The notes under the pieces were generated by a model. That model made no database searches, was not told the DNA's origin, and worked only from the letters and a program-made list of their open reading frames with translations. A stretch of DNA of 64,000 nt from Klebsormidium nitens (taxonomy: Eukaryota; Plantae; Klebsormidiophyceae). The DNA is taken from assembly GCA_000708835.1 (NCBI GenBank), contig DF237449.1, positions 3,848-67,847 on the forward strand. The letters are read 5' to 3'. Position numbers and translations under genes: made by a program. Numbering within the stretch: the first letter of the stretch is position 1; the number at the start of each line of letters is the position of its first letter. Of the stretch, positions 38,101-50,279 are shown piece after piece.

Positions 38101-38529
38101 TTTGTATATATCGGTCGTCAGACGTGCATTGATTGCTCTGGAGTGCAAACTCATCATTTCATTCTGCAGTTTGGTACACCAATGATTGCGGATCGCGAGG
38201 TGTGGGACCTGACCATCAACAAGGATCAGAAAGTAGAGCACCATGTCCTTAGAAGAGCAAGGCATGTGGCAAGAAGTTGATCAGGCGAGGTCAAGAACAA
38301 GGACGTGAAGAGTGTCCAGTACAGTGTCCAGTGTATAGTAATTACGAGCTTATGGTCCGCGCTAGCTGTAGGCCCCTCTTCGTGTAGATGCCTCGAATGA
38401 TCAGGGTCATTAGAATCATAAGAGTCTACTATAGGCGCACCCTATAGTAGATAGAACATTCCGCCAGGTAGGACTACGGTAGCGCACTTAATAACACCTG
38501 ACTCCGTCTGATCCTGGTTTGAGGTTCCT

Positions 38530-38746
38530 AGCGGTCTTAATTTGCGCGTTTTCGGTACGTTCCGACCTTAAAAACCGGACATTTCAGCCAAGATCGTCCT
38601 TAATTTAGCATGTGGATTTAGAGCGGCTGCGCCCTTAAAGCGATGCTGTTTTAAGAGCGCCGTCGCGCGGTCTGCTTCCGGACTATGTTTAAGACCGGCG
38701 CTGCTCTCAAAACGGCCGCTCTTAATTCGTGTCCAGATTTATAGTG
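38530..38746 (+). mobile_element. Right terminus of a CACTA (En/Spm) DNA transposon with subterminal repeats
   Basis: Ends ...GTCCAGATTTATAGTG at 38746, the reverse complement of CACTATAAATCTGGAC. About nine copies of a TTAAGRNCG-like motif lie in both orientations between 38530 and 38725. No matching left end was found in the window. Confidence 0.75.
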
Positions 38747-39484
38747 AGCTAGCTAGCTAGGCCATGCATGGACACCGTACCAAGGCTAGGCCATCTATGG
38801 TGATGGGAGCCCAAATCAGGGCCCAAGTTGCAATCCGGTCCGTTAAAAAAAGACTCAGATGCACGAAGTCACTCTGCAATTCTGGGGCTTTGAAATTGAA
38901 CGCCCACTTTAAGCTCTGTACCTCACATGAATGCATCCGACCATGTACCCTAGTTCTCATGAGCCTTAACCATATCCACGCAATTACAAGTGTTATGTTA
39001 GTCGATCGATTCTATTGTTCACGAGCCTCCCAGCTAGTATGCCAGACTCGACTTATAATATACCTTGTCCTCCAGTGCAGATCAAGAAGCTACCGTCACA
39101 CGTGATGGCAATCTTTGCCCACTGTTTGTGTGCTGCCCGCCATGTTTAGCCCACAATTATGGACGAACTACAGAATCCAACGGTTCATTCTAGCTCACCT
39201 TGAACTACATTTCTCGATTAGTGTTCCTATCCGTGCAAGCTCTATCATAGACTACAATTAGACGCCAGGTCTTCAATGAATTGTATTATTTGCAGGACAC
39301 TGCAAAGAATCGGGCCAATTTGGCCATCAAGAATGGGTCGACTTTGCCGACTACCCCCAGGAAGCTTCTCCAAAAGCAGAGGGCTGAAAAGTGATCCTTC
39401 TAGTTTGGCTTCCCGCAATTAATTAGCAGGCAGCATGCTGAGCTCCCTTTGACTTGCTTCCGAGCGCAGGGCCTTGCCGGCCCT

Positions 39485-42400
39485 TCAGAAGCAACGGGCT
39501 TTGACGCTGTTAGGCGGGACCTCAAACTGATCCCAGTCCAGCTGGCTCGAGGTTTCGAAGAGCGACTCGGAGGTCTCGAGGTCGAAGCTGGCGAAGAACA
39601 CTTGGGCGGGGTCTCCTTCGCAAGCAGGCACGTCCCATGTCTTGCTCAGCGGCTTGATGTCCGGATCGAAGATCTCGGAGCACAGAGCGCTAGTGGGGGT
39701 GATCGGATCGTAGTCGTTGTGGCGCGCCCTTTTCGTTTCCTGAGAGAGGGACGCCGAGCAGACAATATTGGCAACAAGCAACTTTTTGCAGAAGTGGAGG
39801 TGGCACAGTCCACCACATGCTACCTTGCAAGCGTGAGGTTACAAAGATCAAGTCGGTTACAAAAGCGGACACTGCATGTGTTAATGTATTGAAGAGACCT
39901 GCTGGCCCCAATTCTTTTCTGTCCCCAAATTTCTGGGAGTGGGATGATTTGATCACACTGCCCAAGCTTGAATGGGGCTAGAATGACCGGACACGGCAAA
40001 TTGGTCAACTCGATCAGACCGACTCCTATGCAATACTGGCCGTGAGCTCTACATGACTGAGCGGGGACAAGGAGAATCGGTACCGGACGGAAGCTAAGGC
40101 TAGGTGCTGTTGGAACCCCCAATAGTGACGTCAGCTTCAGGCTGCCATATCTTTTTGTCTACTATCGGCCGTTCAAATGTCAGATATACAGCATCCAACG
40201 GCTTGGGATGCGAATTGAAAACCCTAACTCGGGATGCAGGCAATGTCACATCGCAGCCGTCGGCTGACCACTTCTACAGGATTCGACGCTTCAGAACCAG
40301 AGCGGTCGAAGTTTGGGTTGACATAACTGCAAACCCAACAGGCCCCAGCCTTAGCTTCCGTCCGGTACCGATTCTCCTTGTCCCCGCTCTGACTGGCTGA
40401 GGACCTGCCCTAACACCTAAGCTCATTGGTCTGGGACTGTTGAAAGCTGAGTGGGCCCAGACTCAAGTCTTTGAAAGGCGTGCAGTCAAACACAAGACTG
40501 ATTGTCGGGGAGCTGAAGCACGAAAACAGGATTGAAGGCGGAATATTTACCTGGCTAAGCAGCTCGGACCTCTCCGGAATCTCGATGCAGTTGGATTGTA
40601 CAAAAGTGTGGTACTCCATAGGTACCACACTCTTCCGTTTCTGGAATTGTCAGAAAAAGGAGAAGCTATCAATATCAAACGGACAAGATCGCGTTACTGT
40701 GGGGGGTGATGAATCAAAAGGATACTTCATGACTGTGGGATCACGGAGTTACACTAGAAACCAACAATTTCCTGTACCTGTGTGAACCCGCATGACCGAC
40801 ACACGTTGAGAGTAGACAAACTACGCTTCATCTCGATTCTGAAAAAGCTGAGGCGAGCCTCTGGGTAAGTTGAGAAGCTTTCTGCAATCATTTTGGCCAG
40901 TGTGGAGGTCGTCATCTTGCTCAAATGAACGAGCAACGTAGGGGTTGCTCTCTTGCTGCCAACAACAGCACAGTTATTAATTAACATAGGAGATGGATGA
41001 AATCCTTTCACTATCCTTTCTTGTGCAATTGGAAGTCTCTGAAGATTGGACTGTCCAGAAGTAAGTCCCGTGAGGGCCCTGCCAACCTTGAGGCAGATGG
41101 TGCCTGGCATCAATTCAAGAACACTCGGTTTCAACGTGCAACTTGACGCTTAGTCTCAACGGACGAGGTTTAAGAAAAGCAGTAGTATCTAAATACTGCC
41201 AGATTCAAACTTGTCAGGCTATATGTCCAGATCAGCTTGTTCGTAGAACTGACAGGGCACAATGTCTTCCCACGATCTGAAGACCGAGAAGAAACAGGCT
41301 CTGCCATACCACGACTCTCAAAAACTGTGATGAGTTCCACCCTTTGAAGAAAGAACCAGGTGCAACATTGATGCCTCACCCTTCGTGACCGGAGGTCTGC
41401 TCGCGTCGTCTGGTCTTGCATCAAGGAAAGCCTGATGCGCTCCAACGCTTGGACACGTGCTCTTGTGCCGCTCAACTGGGACTGTGAGCAAAAAATAATG
41501 ACACAATCAAAAAGGTGCAAAATGCTTAGGTAAGAAACACGAGACAGCGTTACAGCAGTACAACAACACATTGGACCTTTTGAAACAATCAAGTATCTAG
41601 AAGGCAAAACTCTTCTCCTGACATGTACATTCAGGCGCCAGTCAAATTATAGTCAATTTTATCAAGGAACATGAGAGCAACTAGAGTCGGTTTGAAAGCC
41701 CTTTCCTAGATAAACAGTGTGCAAGAACACCCACCTGTAAAGTAACTATCTGCTGTTGCAAAAGGGCAACTGCAGCGACGCACCCGTACACTGGGTCTAT
41801 AGTCCTGCAATGTTGCAGGAAGTGGAACACAATCAGGTACTCTTCAGCCAGATCTGAATGGAAGTGCACAGGACTGGGCACAAACGTTGTTTCGGACCTT
41901 TTTCAACAGCGAAATAGCCCAAATCTACAGAATCCTGCAACAGTCCACCGCATTGGAACCTCTCTACAGACTTGTCAAAGATCCTGGGTTGGATACTCCA
42001 TGTAATCCAAGTCCATGCCTGACCCCTTCCAGCAAAGGTGTTGATTACTGTCAGGTCATGCACTCCTGGTCCAATCACCTGTCTTGCATGGTGGTACCCC
42101 TGCCCTGTCCTGCTTCTTCATCGAAACTGAATGTACGAGACTCTGTACTCGCATGATATGGCTCACCTTGCTTCAGCTTCATATGTGAGACTCTTGACTG
42201 TGTTGGTCCGGTCGGCAACAGGCACTCTACTGAGGAACTTCCCAATGTTATGAGCCCCGTAGCTGTACAAGAAGAAGGATTGTCAAGACTTTCTAATAGG
42301 GGACAAGGGAGTAGATTGAACAGCCTCTTATGAAAGACTTTGAATCTGCCTGAGCCCTGGCTTACCACAGCAGCTTAGCCTGAACATACTCTAAGCAGAA

Positions 42401-43109
42401 ACTACTGAGCTGAGATAGCTCTGAGAACCTGAGATTGATGATCCTGATGTTCTGAGATTAAGAATCAAGAGAGCACCTCTTAATAGTTCCTTTGTCTACC
42501 AACTCTGAGAAACTCAAACTCCAGGGCAGCTTTGCTCAAAGATGTAAGCTGGAAGAAGAACCACCTCAGAGCCTCTCGCTCAATTGGAAGTGGAAAACAT
42601 GAGGAGGAAACCGTAAGCACAGAGGACCAATAAAGTAGGCTACTGCAAAGTGAGATACAGAGATCAGGAAAGGGCTGAAAGCTTCTTGGGGAAACAAGGC
42701 GGGTTGGAGACAGTACACGGAAAGTGCTCAAAATAAGTGCCTCAGCAGGATGATTGCCCCTTCAAGCTGGCTTCAAAACTCCCTAGATCACATTTGCACA
42801 AGCGATCGAGTTCCAATTAACTTTCATGAACCACATAAACCTCCACAAAGGTCAATGCAGTCTCTCCCGCAATCCAACCTGACGACGGAACTAAAAGAGG
42901 AACTTCCAGTGCAGGTCTCAGTTGGCAACTCACATCTTGTGCAAGAGGACAAACTTCTCCCGCTCCTGCTGAGGAAAGTAGGGCGCAAAGATGCATTCCT
43001 GAGTGCATTTCCGGCGCAAAAACCTGCATGCTGCGCAGGGCGGCTGGTCACGGACAGCTACATCAGGGAGCGGAGTTGAACTTGGGAGTTCATCTGTCTG
43101 GGTGGCCAT
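39485..43109 (-). CDS. LBD: LOB-domain (LBD/ASL) transcription factor
   Basis: Exons 43109-42934, 42262-42167, 41804-41735 and 41481-41380 splice to MATQ...PPCAACRFLRRKCTQECIFAPYFP..EKFVLLHKIYGAHNIGKFLSRVPVADRTNTVKSLTYEAEARTIDPVYGCVAAVALLQQQIVTLQSQL (CX2CX6CX3C, GAS-like block, DPVYG, zipper). The C-terminal exons 40640-40551 and 39739-39485 are phase-compatible but less certain. Confidence 0.93.
40060..40388. mobile_element. MITE with a perfect 42-bp TIR and 3-bp CTG target-site duplication, in the last LBD intron
   Basis: AGCGGGGACAAGGAGAATCGGTACCGGACGGAAGCTAAGGCT at 40060-40101 is the exact reverse complement of 40347-40388. CTG lies at 40057-40059 and 40389-40391. Confidence 0.9.
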
Positions 43110-46100
43110 CTATGCGCCAAACAACCCCTCTACACTTTTGTTTCAATGAGGTTAACCTTTGCCAGCTAAAGCTCAAGCTTCTGCTCAACCCACGACGCTA
43201 CTTGTATGGAGGTCTGGCATTTGCTGAAGTGTTGACTTGGTGGTTGCTTACAAGCAAGGACTAGCGACAAGTGACACACAGAAGTTGCTGAGGGAGGTGA
43301 GGAGCTTAATGAATGCGCTAGCAAATGAGTCAGCAGAATGATTCAGTGGTACGGGGGACGAACTTGGACTAAGAGTCTGGCTCCAGATTGTCAATCAGGT
43401 CTTCACTAGGAGAGCCCTGAGAGGTTTCTTAAGAGCAGTGAAAACGACAGCTAGGTACTCCAAGTAGGATCCCAGGCTACACATATGCAATGGGAACTTT
43501 GATTGGGCCTCCGGGTACGTGCAGCAAAATAGGTGACGGCCCAAAAGCGTCCCAGAGGTCAACCAACTGATTAGGCAAGAGTCAGGACGCCTGTAGTTCA
43601 TGATGTCACGTCTGCCATCTGCAACCTATCATTGTCGTTTGTGGTGAGGTAGCCCTGACCTTGCCACTTGTTTCGTGTTTCTGGTCGTTACTTGGAGTCG
43701 TCCCCTGGCCTAGGTACTTTCAGGGAAGGCGGTAGGCCCCTAGTAGCTGGCCGTTCACAGGTCGGCTTGAACATGCCTACCGTACACATCAAAATTCTCC
43801 TGAGACTTGACAACTTACATTCTCAAAGCAACCGTTTTGTCCGCCTAACGCTTCCTTCTCAGGAACCACTAGCTGCCTCTGCTGAGCTGCACATCTTGCG
43901 GTAGACAGAGCTTTATTTACCGTAGGTGTACGTTCCACCCTGCTCGCATGCTGTGACAAGCTCGACCCTGCATACCGGTATGCGTTCCTGTGTGCATGAA
44001 AGTCTGGACAACCGTACTCTCACGAGTCACATAGCCGGTCAGGACACCTGGTACAATATAAGCTGCCTGAAACGCGTCTGAAAATAGCCTCTTCTTGCTG
44101 GCTCCAGCCGCACTTTTCGAGTCCCACTTCGTTCCCTGTCTGTTAAATTTGACAAAATCTGCCAGTGCAGCCGGCTGGTCCGGCGCCGGCCCTAGCTGGA
44201 ATCATCAGTTTGCGGCAAAGATCATACCGTACCCGCACCAGACTCGGACACCCTGGCCCCTGGGCCTGGCGCAGGCTAGTGCCAATGGCGCACCACTGGC
44301 ATGCAGTACCGTGTACAATGTACACTACAGTCTACGGTATACCTAGTACCTACTAGTAGTACTGGTGGTAGGCTGGCACGCTTGCATGCAACGCTTCCGC
44401 ATCGCGCAATCCTCATGCATGCATCTGATTGGGCATTGCAGATCGCGCAATGATCGAACGGGAAGACCGGCCTAAATTTTGTGAATATGAGGTCAGCACT
44501 ACCGGAATCCTACGTCATTATCATGATGATTTATATCTGCAGCATAATCTGCTGACGACCGAAGAGATGTCGTTTCAAGAATCTCGGCGGCCGGATTACG
44601 TCCTACATAATCATACAATCCAGCTATATTTGCGGAACAGTCTGCTCAATCTGTGACTTTTAACCCAGACCTACAAAAGTGTCTACCGGCTCCACAGGGC
44701 AGACTCCACACCCATGCCCACCTAGACATTCATAGGATATCCTGACCCTATCTTTAACCCCTCTAACCCCCAGGCCAACCCGTGGAGCTGGCGACGGTTG
44801 ATAACTATTATTGGCTGAGCCTGGACTCAATTACGATGGGCTATAATCCAAGGTTCATGCAAGTTCAACAAGCCTTAAAAAAGCTTGGAAAAATCTACGG
44901 CAGCGGTGGCCGCCCCGTGGCAGTAGTGGTCACTGTCTGCAGCGCTCCCAATTGTCTACTGGTGTCCTAGCTTTTCAATTACGGTACTAGGGCAGTACCG
45001 TACTACCTGGCCGTACTATACTACTAGCCTAAGGTAGATCATCGTGTTTGAATTTTCAATTAAAGTCATTACAGAGAACTTTAGAGCCTTAGGGCTCTGA
45101 GCTATGGCTTGAGCTTTACAGGCTTTGCCAATGTGCTGACGGGGTGCTGACGCTCTCCTAGGGCTCTGCTGATGTTCTCAAATTCTCCTTTCAAACGCCA
45201 TAGCCACTTGAAGATTTATTCCTAATACTCCCCGGGCCCGAATCCAATTGGCTAAAGAGGTTGAAGTCTTCAAAACGGATTGGGAGCCTGAGCATGTCGG
45301 GTCTCTGATGGTGTGATGGTCAGTCTCAATTATACTATCACTAGCTGGCCCCGTGCAATCAAGGCCGAGTCGGATTCCGTAGGGTGGTAGGCTGTACACC
45401 ATACCGTATACGGAATGGATGACCCATGTCGGATTCAATATATACATCTACATACAGGACTCCTCCATGTCTGTGACGGGACATGCTGTTGCAGCGATCC
45501 GGCGAGGACGTCATGCTCCTCGTACGTATACGTACGTCTAAAACTTGACTACATGTTTTTAGAGAATTTTAAGTTTCGGAGCATGCCAGCTCTATAACTG
45601 TACTGCCTTGAAAGGCAAGGTGCAAAGGCCCGCGGCCAAGCCTGAAGGAATCCCTTAAGCGTGCAGCGCACATATATAATTGAGCTGTATGTACGGCCGG
45701 GGCCCGCATGCTTGCACGCAGCCGGGACTCAGTCATAGCGATCTTGCTTGGATTATCTTGATGTCGCAATCTCACACTCATGCATTATCCAGAACGTTAA
45801 CAAAAGGGCCTTCTCGATGCGCTCGGAGGGTTTATTTCAGATTGCTCATGCTAAGTCGACGTCAAGCGAATAATCAAGAAGGTACATGTGGTTCTTAAGT
45901 TTATACTGAATTTCTTGGCAATCCTCATCAGTCATGTCAACCTTCAAGAAGGCTTGTATTAGCTGTGCTTGTTATTGTGTGTGCTTTCCGACCTCGCCAG
46001 GCCCCGCATCGCATGCGCTACAGTTTTGAGCCCGTGGCCCGGTCCGCATCGGGTGCGATCAATGCTGTATTGTGGATTGCTCTCACGGCCACTACCAAGG

Positions 46101-48941
46101 CTTACAATGGTGATCTCATCTCATGGTCGCTAGTATGGAACATCGTACAACAATTAGATTTGATTCGATCGCATCTTCCTTAACCCATGTATTATCTACA
46201 TGCTTTCTCTCTAGACTTTCAAGGCGCAAGCGTTCAAAAGCAAAATTTTCTCTAATTGTCGACCCGCAGTTGAGCTGCAATTTGCTGAAATTTCAAAACG
46301 CAAGCTGCGAGTATCTCCAATCTTCCCACCCAGTGCCTGACTCAAGCTGCAAACACGCACAATATCGATGTGTAAATGCGACAGCGCTCTCAACCTTGCT
46401 AGATAAAACTGCACAAGCGCAAATAGTGGTAAGACGCCGCCAAGATCCTACTTGAGGATGCATGCCTCCAGGAAAGAGAGCCGGAAGAAGAGAGAATGAT
46501 AATCGTACTGCTGGTTGAAACTACGGGGCGAAGAAGATATAATCCAGCCGTCCGAGGAGCCAATTTACTCGTCCAAGGTCTCATCAAGTATGGACAGACA
46601 TTTTGGACGGTTGGCTCTTGTAAAAGTTTTAGCTTTAAAACAATGGAAAGAAGGCAGCTTTCTGGGCAATGGAACTCTGCACGAACATGTTTGCGGCTAC
46701 CCCTCTTGCAATCCGATAAAGAAGCAACCCGGCCGGGAACTCGCTCTCACTTGAAACATCATGCTCGTCTTCAAATGTGGAAAAAACTGGCGAAAGAGTT
46801 CACGAAAAAGGCAAGATAGGGTTGGCTGCTTGTCCAACTGTTACGTGCCTAGCTTCTCTTGTCAAATTGGACAAAAGTCTTGATGAAAGTTTGGTATGGT
46901 GAAATACTTCAGGAACAAGCGAGTCTTGAAAAGAATGAGAAGGCGGTCCGGCGAAACAACTAAAACGGCGTCAAACGCGAGAAACAAAGCGTACATACAC
47001 GCAATAAAAGATCACAACTTTCTATCTTGAAACGGGTCTACATCCTCCGTCCACCTACGAGCGACAGGGCAGGGGCAGATCCATCTTGTGCAAGCGATGC
47101 AAGCACATGCAATCTCCAACAAACACCTCGATATCGAATCTGGGGACATCCGCCAGCTTCGAAGCAAAGTGGCAAGCGCACTGGAGCGAGATAAGTTCGC
47201 AGACAAGTGCGGGCGACTCATGACCATTCAAGACAGGCCGCTGTCCGACGCTGCCTTTGTGGTCGTTCCTGCAGATAAGTTGAGAAACAAAGAAAAGAAT
47301 GACTATCTTCATCTTGAGTCCCAGCGACTCACCGGCTTAGCTAAGTAGACGTCCAGAACCGGGATGGCTGCTCGAAACGGCGAGACCTTCGTCGCTACGT
47401 GGAGGACTCGTCGCCTGCCAGGAGAACACAAGAGGATGGGCTTCTCTTGTGCAAGCTCAAGATACGGAAGCAACATTCCACGCACTGCACCACATGGCCC
47501 GCTCGGACTCCGGCCGCCACATCATTCCAGACGAAAGGAACAAGCCGGAGCAGTGACCGGAAGTAATCCAGATTTTGGCCTGAATCATACGTGAGACAAG
47601 CACGGCAACGGGTGGCCCTGACAAGTCTGCGATGAGACCGGCCTGAGCTCTGTAGATAACTGCAACAAGCCCCCAATGCTCTCATTGACAGCTTCGCCAG
47701 GAATCGCAACGAAGTGTTCAGCAAGAGCTCAGTCGTCAGCCATCTCTAGACTACCTTTCAGACCATGAGCTGAAACGAAGCCTTTTGAAATCTTCACAGC
47801 CTGACCGTGCGACGTGTTTCTTGATCTCACCCGGCAGCCTTACAGGGTCCCCTCCCTCCAGACTGCCGAAGCTCCTCAAGAGGAGGCCTTGTTTCTCACG
47901 AGCCCGCCCGCATGCTCGTCACCACTTTAGGCACCTTGAGCCACTGAAAGGCAGGAACACCGCGGCCATTGTAGCCATTCGAAGGGGCGCCTTCGGTCTT
48001 TGAGCCTGCGATTCGTTGTGGTTGACGTTGAGTGTTTCATCAAAGCTGTTCCCACATAAGCTCCCCTAGTCAAAAACCAAACCTGGGGTCTGATCAGGTC
48101 GGCAAGAGATGGAAAGAGAGTATCCTGCGCTTGAGATCACGTCAGGTTCGAATGTTTACTCTTTAGGAATTTGACCAAAGTCTTGGTCTCAATTGTTGGC
48201 TTTCTCCCCTTGGATGACCATCTTTGATGTACTCCTAAAAAGAACAGTCGTTTAACCAGACAGCACCTCGCAATGGGAATCCCAGCACCGTTCTAGCAGG
48301 ACAGGGCAGCCTTTTGATTGCAATGAAAACATGTGTGCTTAGTCACACACATGCCGGATGATGGAACCAAGCTTTGACAAAAGTATGCAAGAGTCAAACT
48401 GGAGCCGTTCCGCCAACGCCCATTTATGGAACCAAGAATGCAAGCATGCTGCATCGATCTTTCTTGCAGAGGCCTGCCGCTGGACTTGTGAAGTGACACG
48501 ATCTGTTGCCCGGGCTTAGCGAATTTGTGGGAGCATGAGTTTGAGGCAACTGCATCCTACTTTCACAATCCCACTGTGAGCACTTGAAGCAGGCATATGG
48601 TTGGTGACAAAATCAACGGATCCGCACACAATTAGTGACACAGCAAGGCCTATCAATGAGCCCCGAAGATGGACGGAAGATGCGATGTTGTGTACAGACC
48701 GCTAGAAATAAACAGACGAATAGCACGACAAACACTTCAGACATACGAACCTAAAGACTGGAGACGATGATAGCAAGAAAGGCAGTTGAGATCTGCAATC
48801 CCCACCACAAAAAGGAGTAGGCCGCAAACTTTCAAAAGGAAATGTGTGTTCGATGACAAGTGCCTCCCCTTAATAAGCACAATCTGGCATCAGAAACAAA
48901 TAAGGACCGAGGTTTATTGCGGATGCCCGCAACGGTTATAG

Positions 48942-50279
48942 CTACTCACTTGTTTGCGCAGGCTCCCCATCGCCGCTTGCTCGGTGCCTGCCGCCCTCCA
49001 CTTCACTCTCCAAAGCCCGCTTCCCATCTTCTTCCTGTCCTATGTCACCGTCCCTTCCGGCCAGCCCCGATCGGTCCACTTCAGCCCCCCGTGGGTTCAA
49101 CTGAATGGCGCCAAACCCGCTGCCCATATCGTGATAAGTGCTCCGCCAAACATTCTCTCCCGGCCACGTCCAAAGCTTCGCAGCGGGACTTTGGGCTTTG
49201 AGCAATTCATCTCTTGCCGTCCCTGGTTCTCCCCCAATGCTGTGTCTCTCCGCAACCTCCATCCCGTTCCTGCCTTCGTTCTTGCCTAGCTCTGTGGACA
49301 CTTCAAGTCCATGGTTGCCCCGCTGCTTTGGGACCTCTAACCCTTCTCTCAGCATTCTCCTGCCCTGCGGCGAGCCAATGCCCCACCCCCCTAGGAGCTC
49401 TTCCCCCATTTTGGCCGCACTCTCCCCCACCGGTTGTGAGATCCGTGCCCGCAGCTGCCTCACGCTCTCCACAATCGCCTGGCGCTCCAAAAGTGCATCC
49501 GCATCTAGTTTCGCTTCCTCCCCAAACCTGGTTGGTTTGTGCAAGTCCGTACCATGAGCCCTTCCCAAACTGTCCCCAGTCTCCTCGTCACCGTTCGCTT
49601 TCCATGACCCCCATTTTCTGTGAGCAGTCCCTAACCTCGCCCCGCTTTCCACTTCCTCTTCTCGCCCAAACCCTATCGTTCCCCTCCGCCCTTTCAGCCG
49701 GTGCTTGTACCGCGACCCCCGCACACCCTCCACGGACAGCCGCCTAACCCGCTTCTTGGTCCATCGCTGACCTCCCGCGGTTAACCCTAACCCGCGCTCT
49801 GTATATGGGGACCCATCCTCAGCAGCAGCCAATGGGCCTAAACGCTTCTCGTCGACCCATCTTACCCTCTTTCGCACAGCATTGTTTTCAGGAGCTCTCT
49901 GCTCGGTGGACTCGTTATGCACCTCACTTTGCCCAAGCGCACCACAGCTGACCTCGGCATGTAATGCTGTGTCATCTGCCTTCTGTTTTTCATCTTCAAG
50001 GCAGGCATGGCCACCTTGCTTTCGCTCCATGTCTTCTTGCTCACCATCCATTAGCAGGCGGCCCGCAAGCTGTTCAGTTACAGCATTGTCATCCTTATCT
50101 TCAAATTTTTCTGCAGCACCTTGAGCATCAACATTCACATTATCCATGTATCCACCACCGCTGTTGCTCTCCAAACTGCTGTAACCTTCATCTCTCACCC
50201 CAGCATTGCACAGAATTTGCGTTCCTGCCTCCGCAGTGACAAAACCCCCACCCGCAGGTAAACTCTCGCACGGCCACAT
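48942..50279 (-). CDS. Large exon of an uncharacterised, charged, probably disordered protein
   Basis: 445-codon ORF rich in G/E/R/D with no recognisable domain (contains RKRVRW and a basic stretch). An open exon candidate lies upstream at 50819-50615 but could not be joined with certainty, and a possible donor lies near 48950. Confidence 0.7.
   Translation of the reverse strand: MWPCESLPAGGGFVTAEAGTQILCNAGVRDEGYSSLESNSGGGYMDNVNVDAQGAAEKFEDKDDNAVTEQLAGRLLMDGEQEDMERKQGGHACLEDEKQKADDTALHAEVSCGALGQSEVHNESTEQRAPENNAVRKRVRWVDEKRLGPLAAAEDGSPYTERGLGLTAGGQRWTKKRVRRLSVEGVRGSRYKHRLKGRRGTIGFGREEEVESGARLGTAHRKWGSWKANGDEETGDSLGRAHGTDLHKPTRFGEEAKLDADALLERQAIVESVRQLRARISQPVGESAAKMGEELLGGWGIGSPQGRRMLREGLEVPKQRGNHGLEVSTELGKNEGRNGMEVAERHSIGGEPGTARDELLKAQSPAAKLWTWPGENVWRSTYHDMGSGFGAIQLNPRGAEVDRSGLAGRDGDIGQEEDGKRALESEVEGGRHRASGDGEPAQTSE

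Noticed and set aside
40400-43500. LINE or Ty3 retrotransposon remnant (LEPLYRLVK-like string on the plus strand)
   Set aside because: The region resolves into phase-consistent LBD exons on the minus strand; no RT motifs were found.
44980-45012. Helitron 3' end (hairpin followed by CTRR)
   Set aside because: The hairpin is short and AT-containing, the spacing to CTGG is atypical, and no 5' TC end or second copy was seen.
48145-48152. tRNA T-loop-like GGTTCGAA (similar strings near 14476 and 37392)
   Set aside because: No acceptor stem or cloverleaf could be built.
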